The notes beneath the pieces are model-generated. The model was not told the origin of the DNA. It was given only the letters and a program-made list of their open reading frames with translations, and searched no databases. A stretch of DNA of 64,000 nucleotides from Isurus oxyrinchus (Eukaryota): contig JANJGN010000150.1 in assembly GCA_026770705.1 (NCBI GenBank), positions 620,001-684,000 of the forward strand, read 5' to 3'. This document shows positions 25,244-38,329 of the stretch, in pieces (the first letter of the stretch is position 1; each line of letters begins with the position of its first letter). Position numbers and translations under genes: made by a program.

Positions 25244-25486
25244 TCACTTGAATCTGATCTGTGCGTATTCCGTCTCCTCTTCCCTGTGGACAGACCCATC
25301 ACCACTGGGCACCCTGAAGACTTGGGGATTGGCGTAGAGAAGGTCGGCGGGATTGTCAGGGTTCCCATGTCCAGCATCGCCTCCCACTGCACCTTCAGAG
25401 AGACCCCGGGGAGCTGGGGTCTCCCCCTCACTAGTTGTGTCTCTGGTTGTGTTCCGGGGCTCAGTAATCAGCACGTTCTGTTTACC
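25244..25486 (-). CDS. Orphan terminal cytoplasmic exon (LLYANP, TEYAQI ITSM), ends RFK*
   Basis: Phase-0 acceptor CTGTAG|GGT. Paralogue of gene C 61803-62051. Confidence 0.7.
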   Translation of the reverse strand, partial: GKQNVLITEPRNTTRDTTSEGETPAPRGLSEGAVGGDAGHGNPDNPADLLYANPQVFRVPSGDGSVHREEETEYAQIRFK

Positions 25487-25943
25487 CTACAGAGAAATGG
25501 AAACAGAAGATATCCTCACATCATTTACTGGCACTGATAGGGTTAAATTATTGTGCAGCCTCGTTACTGTCAGTCGTGGCTCAGTGGGTTTAACTCTCCT
25601 TCCCATGTCTTATGATAGAAACCACCTAAGGCATGTGCAGCACTCTCTCAGTACTGACCCTCCGACAGTGCAGTGCTCCCTCGGTACTGACCCTCCGGCA
25701 GTGCAGTACTCCCTCAGTACTGACCCTCCGGCAGTGCAGTACTCCCTCAGTACTGACCCTCCGACAATGCAGCACTCCCTCAGTACTGACCCTCTGTCAG
25801 TCTCGCACTCCCTCGGTAATGGCTCTGGCGAGTGACGGCTTGGATTCTGCACACAGGTGCCTGGTGTGAGGCTCAATAACATGCACCTTGTAATCAGAGA
25901 GAGGATGAGAGAGAGGGATAGAGATGAAGGGACAGAGACAGAG

Positions 25944-26701
25944 TGTTATGAATCTATTAATGTATGTAATGTAATTGGAAATTGTCTATTTAGACAGAAG
26001 TTCAGTCTGTGGGTATGTTTGTGTGTGTTTTAATTGGACTAAAGCCAGCCAGTCTGGGTACTTTGATGTATCATAGTTTTGAGATGTAAACAAAGAGGTA
26101 AAGTGGTAATTTGCATTTTTAAATAGAACATTCAATGTCGGGGGGTGAAATCTTAAACCAATCAACGTTTATATTACTAATAAAATTGAGACTGTGAAAG
26201 GGGATTTATTGTTAAAAGAGGTGTAGTTCAAAGGTCCTGATGATACAATGAGAATTTACATTCAAATAGAAGCGCTGGGTATAACTTGAGCAGTTTTGTG
26301 TGTGCAGAGCAGAGGCTTGTAACATCAAAGCAGCTGTAAGCCTGCACCTGTCTGCAAAGGAACCAAAGTGAAAGGAACCTCATTTGGAATTTGTGAGGTG
26401 AAAATGCTTTGCCTGGAATCTGCTTAAAGTCTATGGGTTGTCTTAGAGGAGATTAGTTTAAGAATTTGTTAAAAAGTTATGATAATACTAGTTTGTAGCC
26501 ATGTGCATATGTTTAACTTGTGTAAATTAATAAATGTCTCAAGTAGTTTGATATAAAACCATCTTGAGAACTGGTGGTCTTATTCCTGAATTTAAAGCTG
26601 CATCTCACACATTCCATTGGGAAATATAGGTTATGACAGTTGTTTAAAGTTTCCCTCTGGGATTTTAAACAACAGCCTTTACCAGTTGCTGTGTCATAAC
26701 A
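25944..26701 (+). mobile_element. Probable solo LTR (copies at ~29032-29786, ~60482-61230 and 63451-end)
   Basis: Inverted termini TGTTATGA...TCATAACA, internal AATAAA. Carried along in each tail-module duplication. Confidence 0.65.
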
Positions 26702-26836
26702 GAGAGACAGCATGGTACTGAACCATTGCTGACTCCACAGGTACAAATCAGTGGGTAACTGGGCTGGGAATCTGGGACATGTGTTGTCTACACACTGAGA
26801 TTGAAGCTTTGGAGTGAGTGTAAACAGTTCCTGTAC

Positions 26837-26918
26837 CTGGTGCTTCACAGAGAGTGGACTGGGGGTCAATGCAATGTCACTGGTCCCTGAAACTCTCTCC
26901 TCCATCGCTGTCTTTCTC
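26837..26918 (-). CDS. Orphan cytoplasmic exon 1 (RKTAMEERVSGTSDIALTPSPLSVKHQ)
   Basis: 82 nt, phase 2-0, AG/GT intact. Paralogue of 60265-60346. Confidence 0.65.
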
Positions 26919-28226
26919 CTGCAATAACACAATATCACACTGTGGTTATCATATAGCAGAGAGTCAGTGCAGCACAGACACAGAGCACACTGTAACCTTA
27001 CACCAATGACTCGACTGTCTCTTTAAATCACTTCTGCACAAAGCACAGAATTAAGAAGCTCGACACCATCCAGGACAAAGCAGCTCGATTGATCGACACC
27101 CCATCCCCCACATTAAACATTCACTCCCTCCACCATGAACACACAGTGGCAGCAGTGTGTGTACCATCTACAAGATGCACTGCAGCAACTCAGCAAGGCT
27201 CCTTCAACAGCACCTTCCAAACCCACGACCTCTACCATCTAGAAGGACAAGGGCAGCAGACACATGGGAACACCACCACCTGGAAGTTCCCCTCCAAGTC
27301 ACTCACCATCCTGACTTGGAAATATATCACTTCACTGTCACTGGGTCAAAACCCTGGATCTCCCTCTCTAACAGCACTGTGGGTGTACCTACACCACATG
27401 GACTGCAGCGGGTCAAGAAGGCAGCTCACCACCACCTTCTCAAGGGGCAATTAGAGATGGGCAATTAATAGCGGCCTCACCAGTGACAGCCACATTCGAT
27501 GAAAGAATTTAAAATCTCACAGCTCAGGAGGAAGCCACTCAGCCCATCGTGCCTGTGCTGGCCCTTTGAAAAAACTGACCAATTAGTCCCACTACCCAGA
27601 CTGTTCAATCATTCCTGATGGTTATAACCACCACTGTCGATGGACCCTCTGATTTACCATTCTGAATCGAGGCAGATCAACTTTCCTGCAACAACTTGCA
27701 TTTATATGGCACACTTAATGTAATAAACTGTCCCAAATCTCTTCAGGGGATTTTTACCTACATATAAATCCATCTCTGAGACACATAATGAGCTATTAGG
27801 GACAGGTGACAAAAAGCTGATTTCACAAAGCCAGTTAATAAGGACCNNNNNNNNNNNNNNNNNNNNNNNNNNNNNNNNNNNNNNNNNNNNNNNNNNNNNN
27901 NNNNNNNNNNNNNNNNNNNNNNNNNNNNNNNNNNNNNNNNNNNNNNNNNNNNNNNNNNNNNNNNNNNNNNNNNNNNNNNNNNNNNNNNNNNNNNNNNNNN
28001 NNNNNNNNNNNNNNNNNNNNNNNNNNNACTGAATCTCTGTCCCCAATGACTCAGCATCAAGTCGTCACTGGGGAAACATTTCATTCCAAACCACACCAAC
28101 CACAGACCCATTCAGTCCCTTCCTCCCTCTCTCCCCCTCTCCCCCAGTGGGTTGTCTCATGTTCCCAAGAATCTTCATCCCTGCCACCACCCACACACCT
28201 CCTGACCCCCTCTCCCCGTTTCACAC

Positions 28227-28475
28227 TCAGTTTCGCTTGAATCTGATCTGTGCGTATTCCGTCTGCTCTTCCCTGTGGACAGACCCATCACCACTGGTCA
28301 CCCTGAAGACTTGGGGATTGGTGTAGAGAAGCTCGTTGGGATTGTCAGGGTTCCCATGTCCAGCATCGCCTCTCACTGCACATTCAGAGAGACCCCGGGG
28401 AGCTGGGGTCTCCCCCTCACTAGTTGTGTCTCTGGTTGTGTTCCGGGGCTCAGTAATCAGCACGTTCTGTTTACC
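28227..28475 (-). CDS. Orphan terminal cytoplasmic exon (LLYTNP, TEYAQI), ends RFKRN*
   Basis: Open frame with intact acceptor. Second tandem copy. Confidence 0.7.
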   Translation of the reverse strand, partial: GKQNVLITEPRNTTRDTTSEGETPAPRGLSECAVRGDAGHGNPDNPNELLYTNPQVFRVTSGDGSVHREEQTEYAQIRFKRN

Positions 28476-29922
28476 CTACAGAGAAATGGAAACAGAAGAC
28501 ATCCTCACATCATTTACTGGCACTGATAGGGTTAAATTATTGTGCAGCCTGGTTAGTGTCAGTCGTGGGTCAGTGGGTTTAAACCTCTCTCACATGTCTT
28601 ATGAAAGAAAACACCTATGGCAGTGCAGTGCTCCCTCAGTACTGACCCTTCGATAGTGCAGCACTTCCTCAATGCTGACCATCCAACAGTGCAGCACTCC
28701 CTCAGTACTGACCCTCCAACAGTGCAGCGCTCCCTCAGTACTGACCCTCCAACAGTGCAGCGCTCCCTCAGTACTGACCCTCCGACAGTACAGGTCTTCC
28801 TCAGTACTGACCCTCTGACAGTGCAGCACTCCCTCAGTACTGACCCTCTGACAGTGCAGCACTCCCTCAGTACTGACCCTCTGTCAGTCTTGCACTCCCT
28901 CGGTAATGGCTCTGGCGAGTGTCGGCTTGGATTCTGCACTCAGGTGCCTGGTGTGAGGCTCAATAACATGAATCTTGTAATCAGAGAGAGGATGAGAGAG
29001 AGAGAGAGAGATGAAGGGTCAGAGACAGAGCGTTATGAATCTATTAATGTATGTATTGTAATTGGAAATTGTCTTTTTAAACAGAGGTTTAGTCTGTGGG
29101 TGTGTGTGTGTGTGTTTTAATTGGAATAAAGCCAGCCGTCTGGGTACTTTGATGTATAGTAGTTTTGAGATGTAAACAAAGAGGTAAAGAGGCATATTGC
29201 ATTTTTAAAAGGAGGATTCAAAGCCTGGGAGTGAATTCTTAAACCAATCAATGTTTATATTACTAATAAAATTGATACTATGAAACGGGATTTATTGTTA
29301 GAAGAGATGGAGATCAAAGGTCCTGATGATACAATGAGAATTTACTTACAAAGAGAAGCACTGGGTATAACTTGAGCAGTTTTGTGTGTGCAGAGCAGAG
29401 GCTTGTAACATCAAAGCAGCTGTAAGCCTACACCTGTCTGCAAAAGAACCAAAGTGAAAGGAACCTCATTTGGAATTTGTGAGGTGAAAATGCTTTGCTT
29501 GGAATCTGCTTAAAGTCTATGGGTTGTCTTAGAGGACGTTAGTTTGGGAATTTGTTAAAAAGTTATGATAGTACTAGCTTGTAGCCATGTGCATATGATT
29601 AACTTGTGAAAATTAATAAATGTCTCATGTAGTTTGATATAAACCCATCTCAAGAACTGATGGTGTTATTCCTGAATTTAGAGCTGCATCTCAAACATTC
29701 CACTGGGAAATATAGGTTATGACACTTGTTTAAAGTTTCCCTCTGGGATTTTAAACAACAGCCTTTAGCAGTCGCTGTGTCATAACAGAGAGACAGCATG
29801 ATACTGAACCATTGCTGACTCCACAGGTACAAATCAGTGGGTAACTGGGCAGGGAATCTGGGACACATGTTGTCTACACACTGAGATTGAAGCTTTGGAG
29901 TGAGTGTAAACAGCTCCTGTAC

Positions 29923-30004
29923 CTGGTGCTTCACAGAGAGTGGACTGGGAGTCAAGGCAATGTCACTGGTCCCTGAAACTCTCTCCTCCATCGCTGTCTT
30001 TCTC
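29923..30004 (-). CDS. Orphan cytoplasmic exon 1 copy
   Basis: 82 nt, phase 2-0, AG/GT intact. Confidence 0.65.
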
Positions 30005-31177
30005 CTGTAATAACACAATATCACACTGTGGTTATCATATAGCAGAGAGTCAGTGTAGCACAGACACAGAGCCCACTGTAATCTTAGACCAACGACTGGG
30101 ACTGTCTCTTTAAATCAGTTCTATACAAAGCACAGAATCAAGAAGCTTGACACCATCCAGGACAAAGCAGCCCGATTGATCTACACCCCATCCACCACAT
30201 TAAACATTCACTCCCTCCACAACGAACACACAGTGGAAGCAGTGTGTGTACCATCTACAAGATGCACTGCAGCAACTCAGCAAGGCTCCTTCAACAGCAC
30301 CTTCCAAACCCACGACCTCTACCATCTAGAAGGACAAGGGCAGCAGACACATGGGAACACCACCACCTGGAAGTTCCCCTCCAAGTCACTCACCATCCTG
30401 ACTTGGAAATATATCATCGTTCCTTCACTGTCGCTGGGTCAAAATCCTGGAACTCCCTCCCTAACAGCACTGTGGGTGTACCTACACCACATGGACTGCA
30501 GCGGGTCAAGAAGGCTGATCACCACCACCTTCTCAAGGGCAATTAGGGATGGGCATTAATGCTGGCATCACCAGTGACAGCCACATTCGATGTAAGAATT
30601 AAAAATCTCACAGCACAATGTATTTATTGGGATCCTCCTGCACACACGCCCTGTCGAAGGACCCTTTGTGGTTCCATTGTTAATCGAAGCAGATCAGACT
30701 TACTGCAACTACTTGCATTTATATAGCACCTTTAATGTAGCAAAATGTCCCAAGGCTCATCCGGGAATTGTTAGTCACATCTTCACCTGACTCTGAGGCA
30801 CATGAGGAGATATAAGGGACAGGAGACCAACAGCTGAGTCAACAAAGTCAGTTATTAACGGGCATCTTAAAGGAGGAGCTGGAGATAGAGAATGAGTGAC
30901 AGACACAGAAAGAAAGACAAAGAGAGGGAGAGAGAGAACAAGAGAGCGAGAGAGAGAGAGAGAGAGACAGAGAGAGACAGTGAATCTCTATCCCCAGTGG
31001 CTCAGCATCCAGTCCTCTCTGGAGAAGCATTTCATTCCAAACCACACCAACCGCAGCCCAATCCCATCCCTTCCTCCCTCTCTCCCCCTCTCCCCCAGTG
31101 GGTTGTTTCCTGTTCCCAGGAATCTCAATCACTACCCCCACCCCCACACCTCCTCACTCCCACTCCCCATTTCTCAT

Positions 31178-31426
31178 TCAGTTATGCTCGAACCTGATCT
31201 GTGCGTATTCCGTCTCCTCTTCCCTGTGGACAGACCCATCATCACTGGACATCCTCAATACTTGGGGATTGGCGTAGAGAAGGCCGTCGGGATTGTCGAT
31301 GTGCCAATGTCCAGCATCGCCTCCCAATGCACCTTCAGAGAGACCCCGGGGAGCTGGGGTCTCCCCCTCGCTAGTTGTGTCTCTGGTTGTGTTCCGGGGC
31401 TCAGAAATCAGCACGTTCTGTTTACC
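31178..31426 (-). CDS. Orphan terminal cytoplasmic exon (LLYANP, TEYAQI), ends RFEHN*
   Basis: Open frame with intact acceptor. Closest to the gene C terminal exon. Confidence 0.7.
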   Translation of the reverse strand, partial: GKQNVLISEPRNTTRDTTSEGETPAPRGLSEGALGGDAGHWHIDNPDGLLYANPQVLRMSSDDGSVHREEETEYAQIRFEHN

Positions 31427-31569
31427 CTACAGAGAAATGGAAACAGAAGACATCCTCACATTATTTACTGGCACTGATAGGGTTAAATTAATGAGCAGCC
31501 TCGTTAGTGTCAGTCTTGTCTCAGTGGGTTTAACCCTCTCTCTCATGTCATCTGAAAGAAACCACCTAT

Positions 31570-32345
31570 GGCAGTGCAGTGCTCCCTCAGTACTAACCCC
31601 CCCGACTGTGCAGCACATCCTCAATAGTGACCCTCTGTCAGTCTCACACTCCCTCATTACTGACCCTCTGTCAGTCTTGCACTCCCTCTGTACAGTGCAG
31701 CACTTCCTTAGCACTGACCCTCTGACAGTGCAGCACTTCCTTAGCACTGACCCTCTGACAGTGCAGCACTCACTCAGTACTGACCCTCCATCAGTGCAGC
31801 ACTCCCTCAGTACTGACCCTCTGACAGTGCAGCACTCCCTCACTACTGACCCTCCAACAGTGCAGCACTGCTTTAGCACTGACCCTCTGACAGTGCAGCA
31901 CTCACTCAGTACTGACCCTCCAACAGAGCAGCACTCCCTTAGCCCTGACCCTCTGACAGTGCAGCACTCCCTCACTACTGACCCTCCAACAATGCAGCAC
32001 TGCCTTAGCACTGACCCTCTGACAGTGCAGCACTCACTCAGTACTGACCCTCCAACAGTGCAGCACTCCCTTAGCCCTGACCCTCTGACAGTGCAGCACT
32101 CCCTCAGTACTGACCCTCCAACAGTGCAGCACTCCCTTTTCACTGACCCTCTGACAGTGCAGCACTCCCTCAGTACTGACCCTGCAACAGTGCAGCACTT
32201 CCTTAGCACTGACCCTCTGATGGTGCAGCACTCCCACATTACTGACCCTCTGACAGTGCAGCACTCACTCAGTACTGACCCCTCCAACATTGCAGCATAC
32301 CCTCTGCACTGACCCTCTGACAGTGCAGCACTCCCTCAGTAATGA
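31570..32345. repeat. 33-bp minisatellite at the junction of opposite-orientation segments
   Basis: Units of CAGTACTGACCCTCTGACAGTGCAGCACTCCCT. Confidence 0.95.
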
Positions 32346-32619
32346 TACCACAGATTGTCGACATGGACCATATGGCCAGAGACCTGTATTGGGAACTCTT
32401 ATCGCTTGAGTTTCAGCCTCCGAGGTGAGGGGAAGGGATCTAATCCCACAGAGCCAATGGAGAAGCTTCATGACTACAGCTGCCCAAATATGAGCTGACA
32501 GATCACACATGGTAAACGTTTTGCTGAGAGCACAAAACATCCTCAATCTTCTCACTGGTTACCCACTTCCTCATTTTGTCTCACAGTGACACATCCACCC
32601 TTTCTAATTAAACACACAG

Positions 32620-32704
32620 AGGGAGCAGCACAGGAAGAGGTCATTCAGCCCAAGCAGAGCGTGTGGGCAGTTCCTCCCCAGGCGAGCAGTCGGACAGGTC
32701 CTGG
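32620..32704 (+). other. Copy of the 85-nt exon upstream of the gene B leader; possible 5' UTR exon
   Basis: ACACAG|AGGGAGC...TCCTGG|GTAAGT, matching 8024-8108. Confidence 0.5.
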
Positions 32705-33154
32705 GTAAGTAACGGAACGATTGGAATTCACTTCCACCACCAACACCGTCCTTTGTTGATGTTGTGACTTTATAAAGACAGATTCCAATGATTGATGCCT
32801 TTGAAAGATTTCTACTGATTATTGAGATCTGGGTGTGAGGCTCAAGTCTGTTGTACAGAACATCTTTCTAGCTCAAGGGCTGAGGGAAGAGCAGAGACAT
32901 GAGCTTTGGGACATCCTGAGGTGGTGAAATGTGCTATAGAAATGCAAACCCTTCATTGTTTTTCTTTGTTAAAGTCTTGTGACTCTCTGCAGAGCACCTA
33001 TCATCCCACAGAGAATCAAATTAGTCAGTGAAGACATTGTCTAAAAGCAGTTCTGATCTCTCGAGAGCTGTCGGACAAGAGGTGAGGTCTCATTAACTCC
33101 TTTCTCTTTCAGAGTTTGAGAGTCAGAAGTGGATGGAATATCTGGGAGTGGACA

Positions 33155-33194
33155 ATGATCGGGAAATCTTACTTCCTCCTGTCACTTCTCCAAG
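33155..33194 (+). CDS. Gene B signal-peptide exon (coding part; acceptor at 33113)
   Basis: ATG, MIGKSYFLLSLLQ, CAAG|GTAATA. Confidence 0.85.
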
Positions 33195-34459
33195 GTAATA
33201 TCATTGTCAGCTCAGACAGATTTATGGCTAATAGTCTTTGTAAAAGATCATTCTTATTGAGTGTGATTGGGAACTGATTCAGCAGTGAGCCAGTGTACAA
33301 ACTCACACCAAGTCCCATTCACCCATCACCCCTGTGCTCACTGATATACACTGACTCCCTGTCTGACAGCAGAATTGGAGGAGAATAGAGATCTCAGAGG
33401 GTTGTAAGAACTGGAGGAGGTTACAGAGATAGGGAGGGGAGAGGGTGGATTGCGGGTAAGAAATCAATGATGAGAATTTGAAATTTGAGTCATTGCTGGA
33501 CTGGGAGCCAGTGTAGGTCAGCCAGTGACAGGGGAGCGATCGGCTGAATAGAGAAATAGGGATAAAAACTGAGGAATGAGGTCTATCCTGATGCTAGGAC
33601 TCGGATAACAATGCCCTGAAATTTTGTGTCATTTGCTGATTTTAGTCAGAATTTCCCATGAAGACAGCACAGCAGCTCCTAGAATAGACAGGCTGTTCAG
33701 TGTCACACTTCCTGTCCATTCTCACCATGCTAGATACTTCAATAAGGGAGCAAGATAACTGAAAGAGAGAAGGAAGGTAAAGCTGTCCGTGTGTAAAACT
33801 GTCAAATATTCTGAGTTATCATGAGTGTCTCTGACCTGCTGCAGAGTTTAAATTTCACAGAATCTGAGCACTTTGCAGCTCAGAGAGAGACCATTGACTC
33901 ACTGCCTGAAAGGCCGGTGGAAGCAGATTCAACAGGAACTTTCAGAAGGGGAACTGGATAAATACTTGAAGGGGACATTTTGCAGGGCTGTGGAGGAGAG
34001 AGCAGAGGTTAGAGTGGGACTTATTGGACAGAACTTTCAAAGGTCCAGCACAGGCTCGATGGGCCAAATGACTTCCTTCTCTTCCAGATCATTCTACAAT
34101 CTGATAAATTAAGCCCCACATCAATAACTCTTAAGGCTCCTGCTGCAGGGATGGATCTTTGAGAAGGACAGAGAATAAGAGGTTTCTGGTATCATTTTCA
34201 TATTGTACTGAATCTTGCTGCCAGAATGTTTGGCCACCGCTGATCACCATGTTGTGTTTTTATAATGATATAAAGGCACCAGCCACTGATACGGAATTGG
34301 GTAAATACATTGTGGGTTCAGTTATTTAGAACAGGGACATGAGAACAGATATACAAGGATAGAAAGCTGGGAGACACCTGCAGCCAAACTGTGTGAGCTG
34401 TGTTCTGCTCACAGACCAAAGTGAAACTTGGACTGGATGGTGTTATCATCCCAGCTGAT

Positions 34460-36695
34460 GTTACTACTGGGCAAGTCAGATCCCAGGGTGGAACTCAGCT
34501 TGATAGGTCCTAACTTATATTTTTTATTTAGGAATGTGGAGTGCGGCTACTGAACAGAGTCATAGGAGTCATCTGATGAACTTCTAACAAAAGAATAAAA
34601 CATTTATTAAACTAGGAAAGACAAACTATATGACATTACTCCTTCACCCAGATCTATACATTTACAGTTTCATAAGGATAACGCAATTACAATAACTAAC
34701 TTATACTCTCATGTTCACACTAAGTACACAGTCGATGTAAAACAGTAGACGACCTGGGGTCAGGGACACCACATTCTGAAACCAAGTGACAGAACCCACT
34801 TGGAACAAATGCTCCGGGTCCCTCCTCAACTGACTCTAGACGCTTGTTACACCGTGAGGCAACTGGTCTAACGAAACTGCTTCTTTCACATGAGGGTTTC
34901 CAATCTCTACTCACCAAGAACTCACTTTGGAATCTTCTCCAACATGACACTTTCACTCAGACACCTTCCACAAGGGTCCACTTTCACTATTTCAAACTCT
35001 CCTTCCCATGTTCCTGCCCCCTGGATCGCCACGTGCATTCAGCCTTCCTTCCACGCCCTGTCTCTCCAATGCTCAGCCGTGTCAATGGAACACCATGGCT
35101 TCACATGGCCGTAGTAATGAGTCACCAACCTGTGGTGTCTCCTAGGATCTTCTGGCTTCTCACAAGCCTATTTTGCTTTGGGTCTGTGTCCTTTTGCCCA
35201 TTCTCTTTTAGCTTGGATCCCTCCTCTGAACCTCAACCTTAACTTGACTTAACAGGACCTTGTCCAGATTCCTGATCTTCCTTGGACTAGAAGGTCTTCT
35301 TGGCCCTTTCTCCTGTTCCACTCGATAGTTTTGGCTTCATCTTTACTTTGGGACTGACTATCTGTCCCGCTCCTTTGCTGCTTCTCCTGGCAACTCCTTT
35401 CAACAGAACTGAAAGTACATTTCTGTTTTTCTCGGTCTCTGTGAGTCCTTCCCTCTGGATCACTGTTGCTAGGCAACAGCACAGTTTCTTACACCTTGTA
35501 TTTGTTTTGACTTCCCTTCAACAGTCACCAAACCTCATTAGATTGCTGGCTTCTATAAAAATGAAACTAAAAGTCAAGTTTCCCCCTTTCTTAACACACA
35601 AATACAGAAATCAAACTAAACTTGAACTTAAAGATAGACCTTATCCCTAACACACACAAATACACATAGAACTTACTTAACCTATCCCCAGTTCCTAAAA
35701 ATCACATGACACACTTCCCCTCGAGTGATGTCATGCTGCTATCCCTGAAAGGCATATTACAACAGTGTTATCACTTGGCAGGTGATGTGTGCCAGGCAGA
35801 CCAAGTCCATGAGAGAAAGGTGGTCACACGATCATAATGATTTTGCAATTTGTATTTATTATGAGATGTGTGCACTGAATTCAGAAGCAATAATTACTCT
35901 AGGAACTTTAGAGATTTGAAAATTAAATTAAAATACTTGCTCTCAGAATAAATGATATCATGCATGTACATGAAACTACAATTACCATTTTAATAATAAT
36001 TCTTAAAATTCCGAAATAACCTGACTCCCAGTTACACTCCCTTTAAGGCAACGGTCCAAAAATAGAGTTTATATTTAAAACAAACCCAGCAAGTTAACAC
36101 AATATAAAAGCAATACCCTGCACAGAGGAATTCCAAGTGGCTTTTCCCCAACTTCAGTTCCGTTGGATAGCAGGCTTGTGCACAAATGCTAGTGGTTTCA
36201 TTAAGACTATATCACACACTCGTGTTAGATCTTACATGGCATTCTGACACATAGCCTTTCATTCTCCCTGATAGATATATATTTCTCTCTTTGTAACATG
36301 AGTATTCTATTGTTCCAAATGTTTTTGAAACTGTATCTTCCTCATAACAAATTCTTTTGTGGTGCCCATATTGCCAGGAGCCTTTGAGAAAAATAAGCAC
36401 ATTCCTTAGTCTTGCTTATCTGGCTAGTTGTAAACAAACTAAGATTCCTTTGAAATCCAACAACCCCTTCATTGAAATAAAAATGCAAATTCTCTTCATA
36501 CCTTCCATGCTAAGCAGCATCCATGTTTACTCAATAGCATGTCAAGCACCTAGCTCCTTTTGATCATTTTAAACTTCCAATCTAATTAACTCCAAATGTA
36601 CTTAAATCACATGCAGACCCATCATGCGTACCCCCATAAACCTACTTCACAATATACTATAAAATATTATGAAAATTATTATACTTTCATCACAA
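34460..36695. mobile_element. Adjacent or nested LTR-like elements in a gene B intron (partial copy at ~49790-50610)
   Basis: TG...CA-bounded non-coding blocks that interrupt the intron homology shared with gene A. Confidence 0.45.
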
Positions 36696-37085
36696 TAGGA
36701 ACCACTGCCTTAGACACTGAGGATCTAGGACAGCTAGGCCAATTCATGATTCATGATGGTGATAATGGGGGAATTCTGAAGGCTCCTAATCCATTGTCCT
36801 AGTTTGTAAATCAGCAGTGAACTCACTTCAATTAGTGTGTCTTGTAGACACTGTGTTGGGTGGAAGACTGGATTCACTAAACAGGTTCCTGAGGGCCACG
36901 AGCCAATGTAGAATGAACTTGTCCACTCCTGTATCCAGGATTCTCTTCAATGTGTTGTGAAACATTGGGGCATTCATTGTGAGTCCAGACTGCAGCCACT
37001 GTGCCCCAGTGATGGAGGGGGTGGATTTTGAGTCTAGTGGATTGACAAAACATTCAGGGTTAAATATTGATATTTCTCCCCCTAG

Positions 37086-37451
37086 TTGGACTACCACAAG
37101 TGTGGAAAGGTGACACTCCACGAGAGGTGACAGCGCAGGAAGGTTCGTGTGTACAGATTCCGTGTCATTACAGCTACCCATCATATTTAGTACCGAGATC
37201 ACCTGTTGGAATCTGGTATATGAGACGGAATTGGGAAACATGGTCTATAGCCTTTCACTCCAAGGATCACAGTCGCGAGTTACCACGGTTCCACCATCGG
37301 ACCCGGCTTTCTGGAGACCTGAAAGATGGTGACTGTTCCCTGATTATAAACAACATCAGACGGGAAGATGCAGGATATTATTTATTCAGAACAGATTTTG
37401 ACAGCAGGAATAGATACAACGACCGTCCTGAAACCCAGCTTCATGTTTCTG
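37086..37451 (+). CDS. Gene B V-set exon V1
   Basis: 366 nt, phase 1-1. GSCVQIPC, DCSLIINNIRREDAGYYLFR (Arg retained), divergent loops. Confidence 0.92.
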
Positions 37452-38329
37452 GTAAGTGCTGTGTTATAATTACTCAACAATTCACATCCAACACTCAATG
37501 GGAAATAATAGTGTTTGATTTGCTTGTTTTTTGGCCGTGTTAACCAGCGTCACTATTTTTAATGATTTGTCTATTTCTGCTCCCAGATCCATGAGCTTAT
37601 TGTGTGTGATTGAATCCACATCATAGCTGTAACGTAAACCGAGCTGAGGGGTGATGACACCTCCCCCCTGAGTGAAGTGTCTCCTCCCCACTACACCATC
37701 CACCCCTCACACTGTCTGTGTAATCTCCCGTCCCATCCCCAGCCTCTCTTTCCCCTCCAAAGTCCTGCAACGTGTTTCCATCTCCCGAATCCGTTCCCAT
37801 CTTTCCCGGAACTCCATGTTTGAATCCCTCCAATCAGGTTCCCACCCCAGCCACTGTGCTGAAACAGCTCTTATTTTTATTGAGCCAATGCCAAGCCCCG
37901 ATACCGAGCGAGAGCCTCCTCATTTGCTGAGTTTAAGGTGATGAGTCAGCCCCTTAGTCCGTAGAGGGGATTCTCCTCGGTAATGTGCAGCCTTGTTTGT
38001 GTCTCTCCACAAGCGCATGAGGGGTTTGTACAGAGGCTGCAGCGCTGGAGGGGGTCTGCACAGGGGTCCTGGCCTGTCCTGAGCCAGTTTTAGCAAGGAC
38101 AACTCTGGCCTTGGCAGCTGAAAGCCAGCCATTGGACAGACGGGGCCTGACACAAGGAGCCTGTTAGTCACTACCCCCCGTGTCTCCTGTGCTCAGATCC
38201 AGACCATGTTGGCTGGTGGATCTGGCTCAGGAAGGGTCCTCCCCATGGGACCCCCAGAGGGAAGGTGGGTCGAGCGGGTCAGTCACTTCATGTTTATTCT
38301 GCAGCTTTAATATTTTAGGAAGGTAAGAA

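Noticed and set aside
27089-27468. Recurring 100-127 aa ORFs (MCTIYKMHCSNSARLL...)
   Set aside because: 3' fragments of a CR1-clade LINE carried in the duplicated modules.
31293-32312. Long TVQHSLSTDP / RECCTVRGSV ORFs (also 11918-12674, 43641-45226, 61338-61936)
   Set aside because: Translations of a 33-bp (11-codon) minisatellite, with no splice or domain support.
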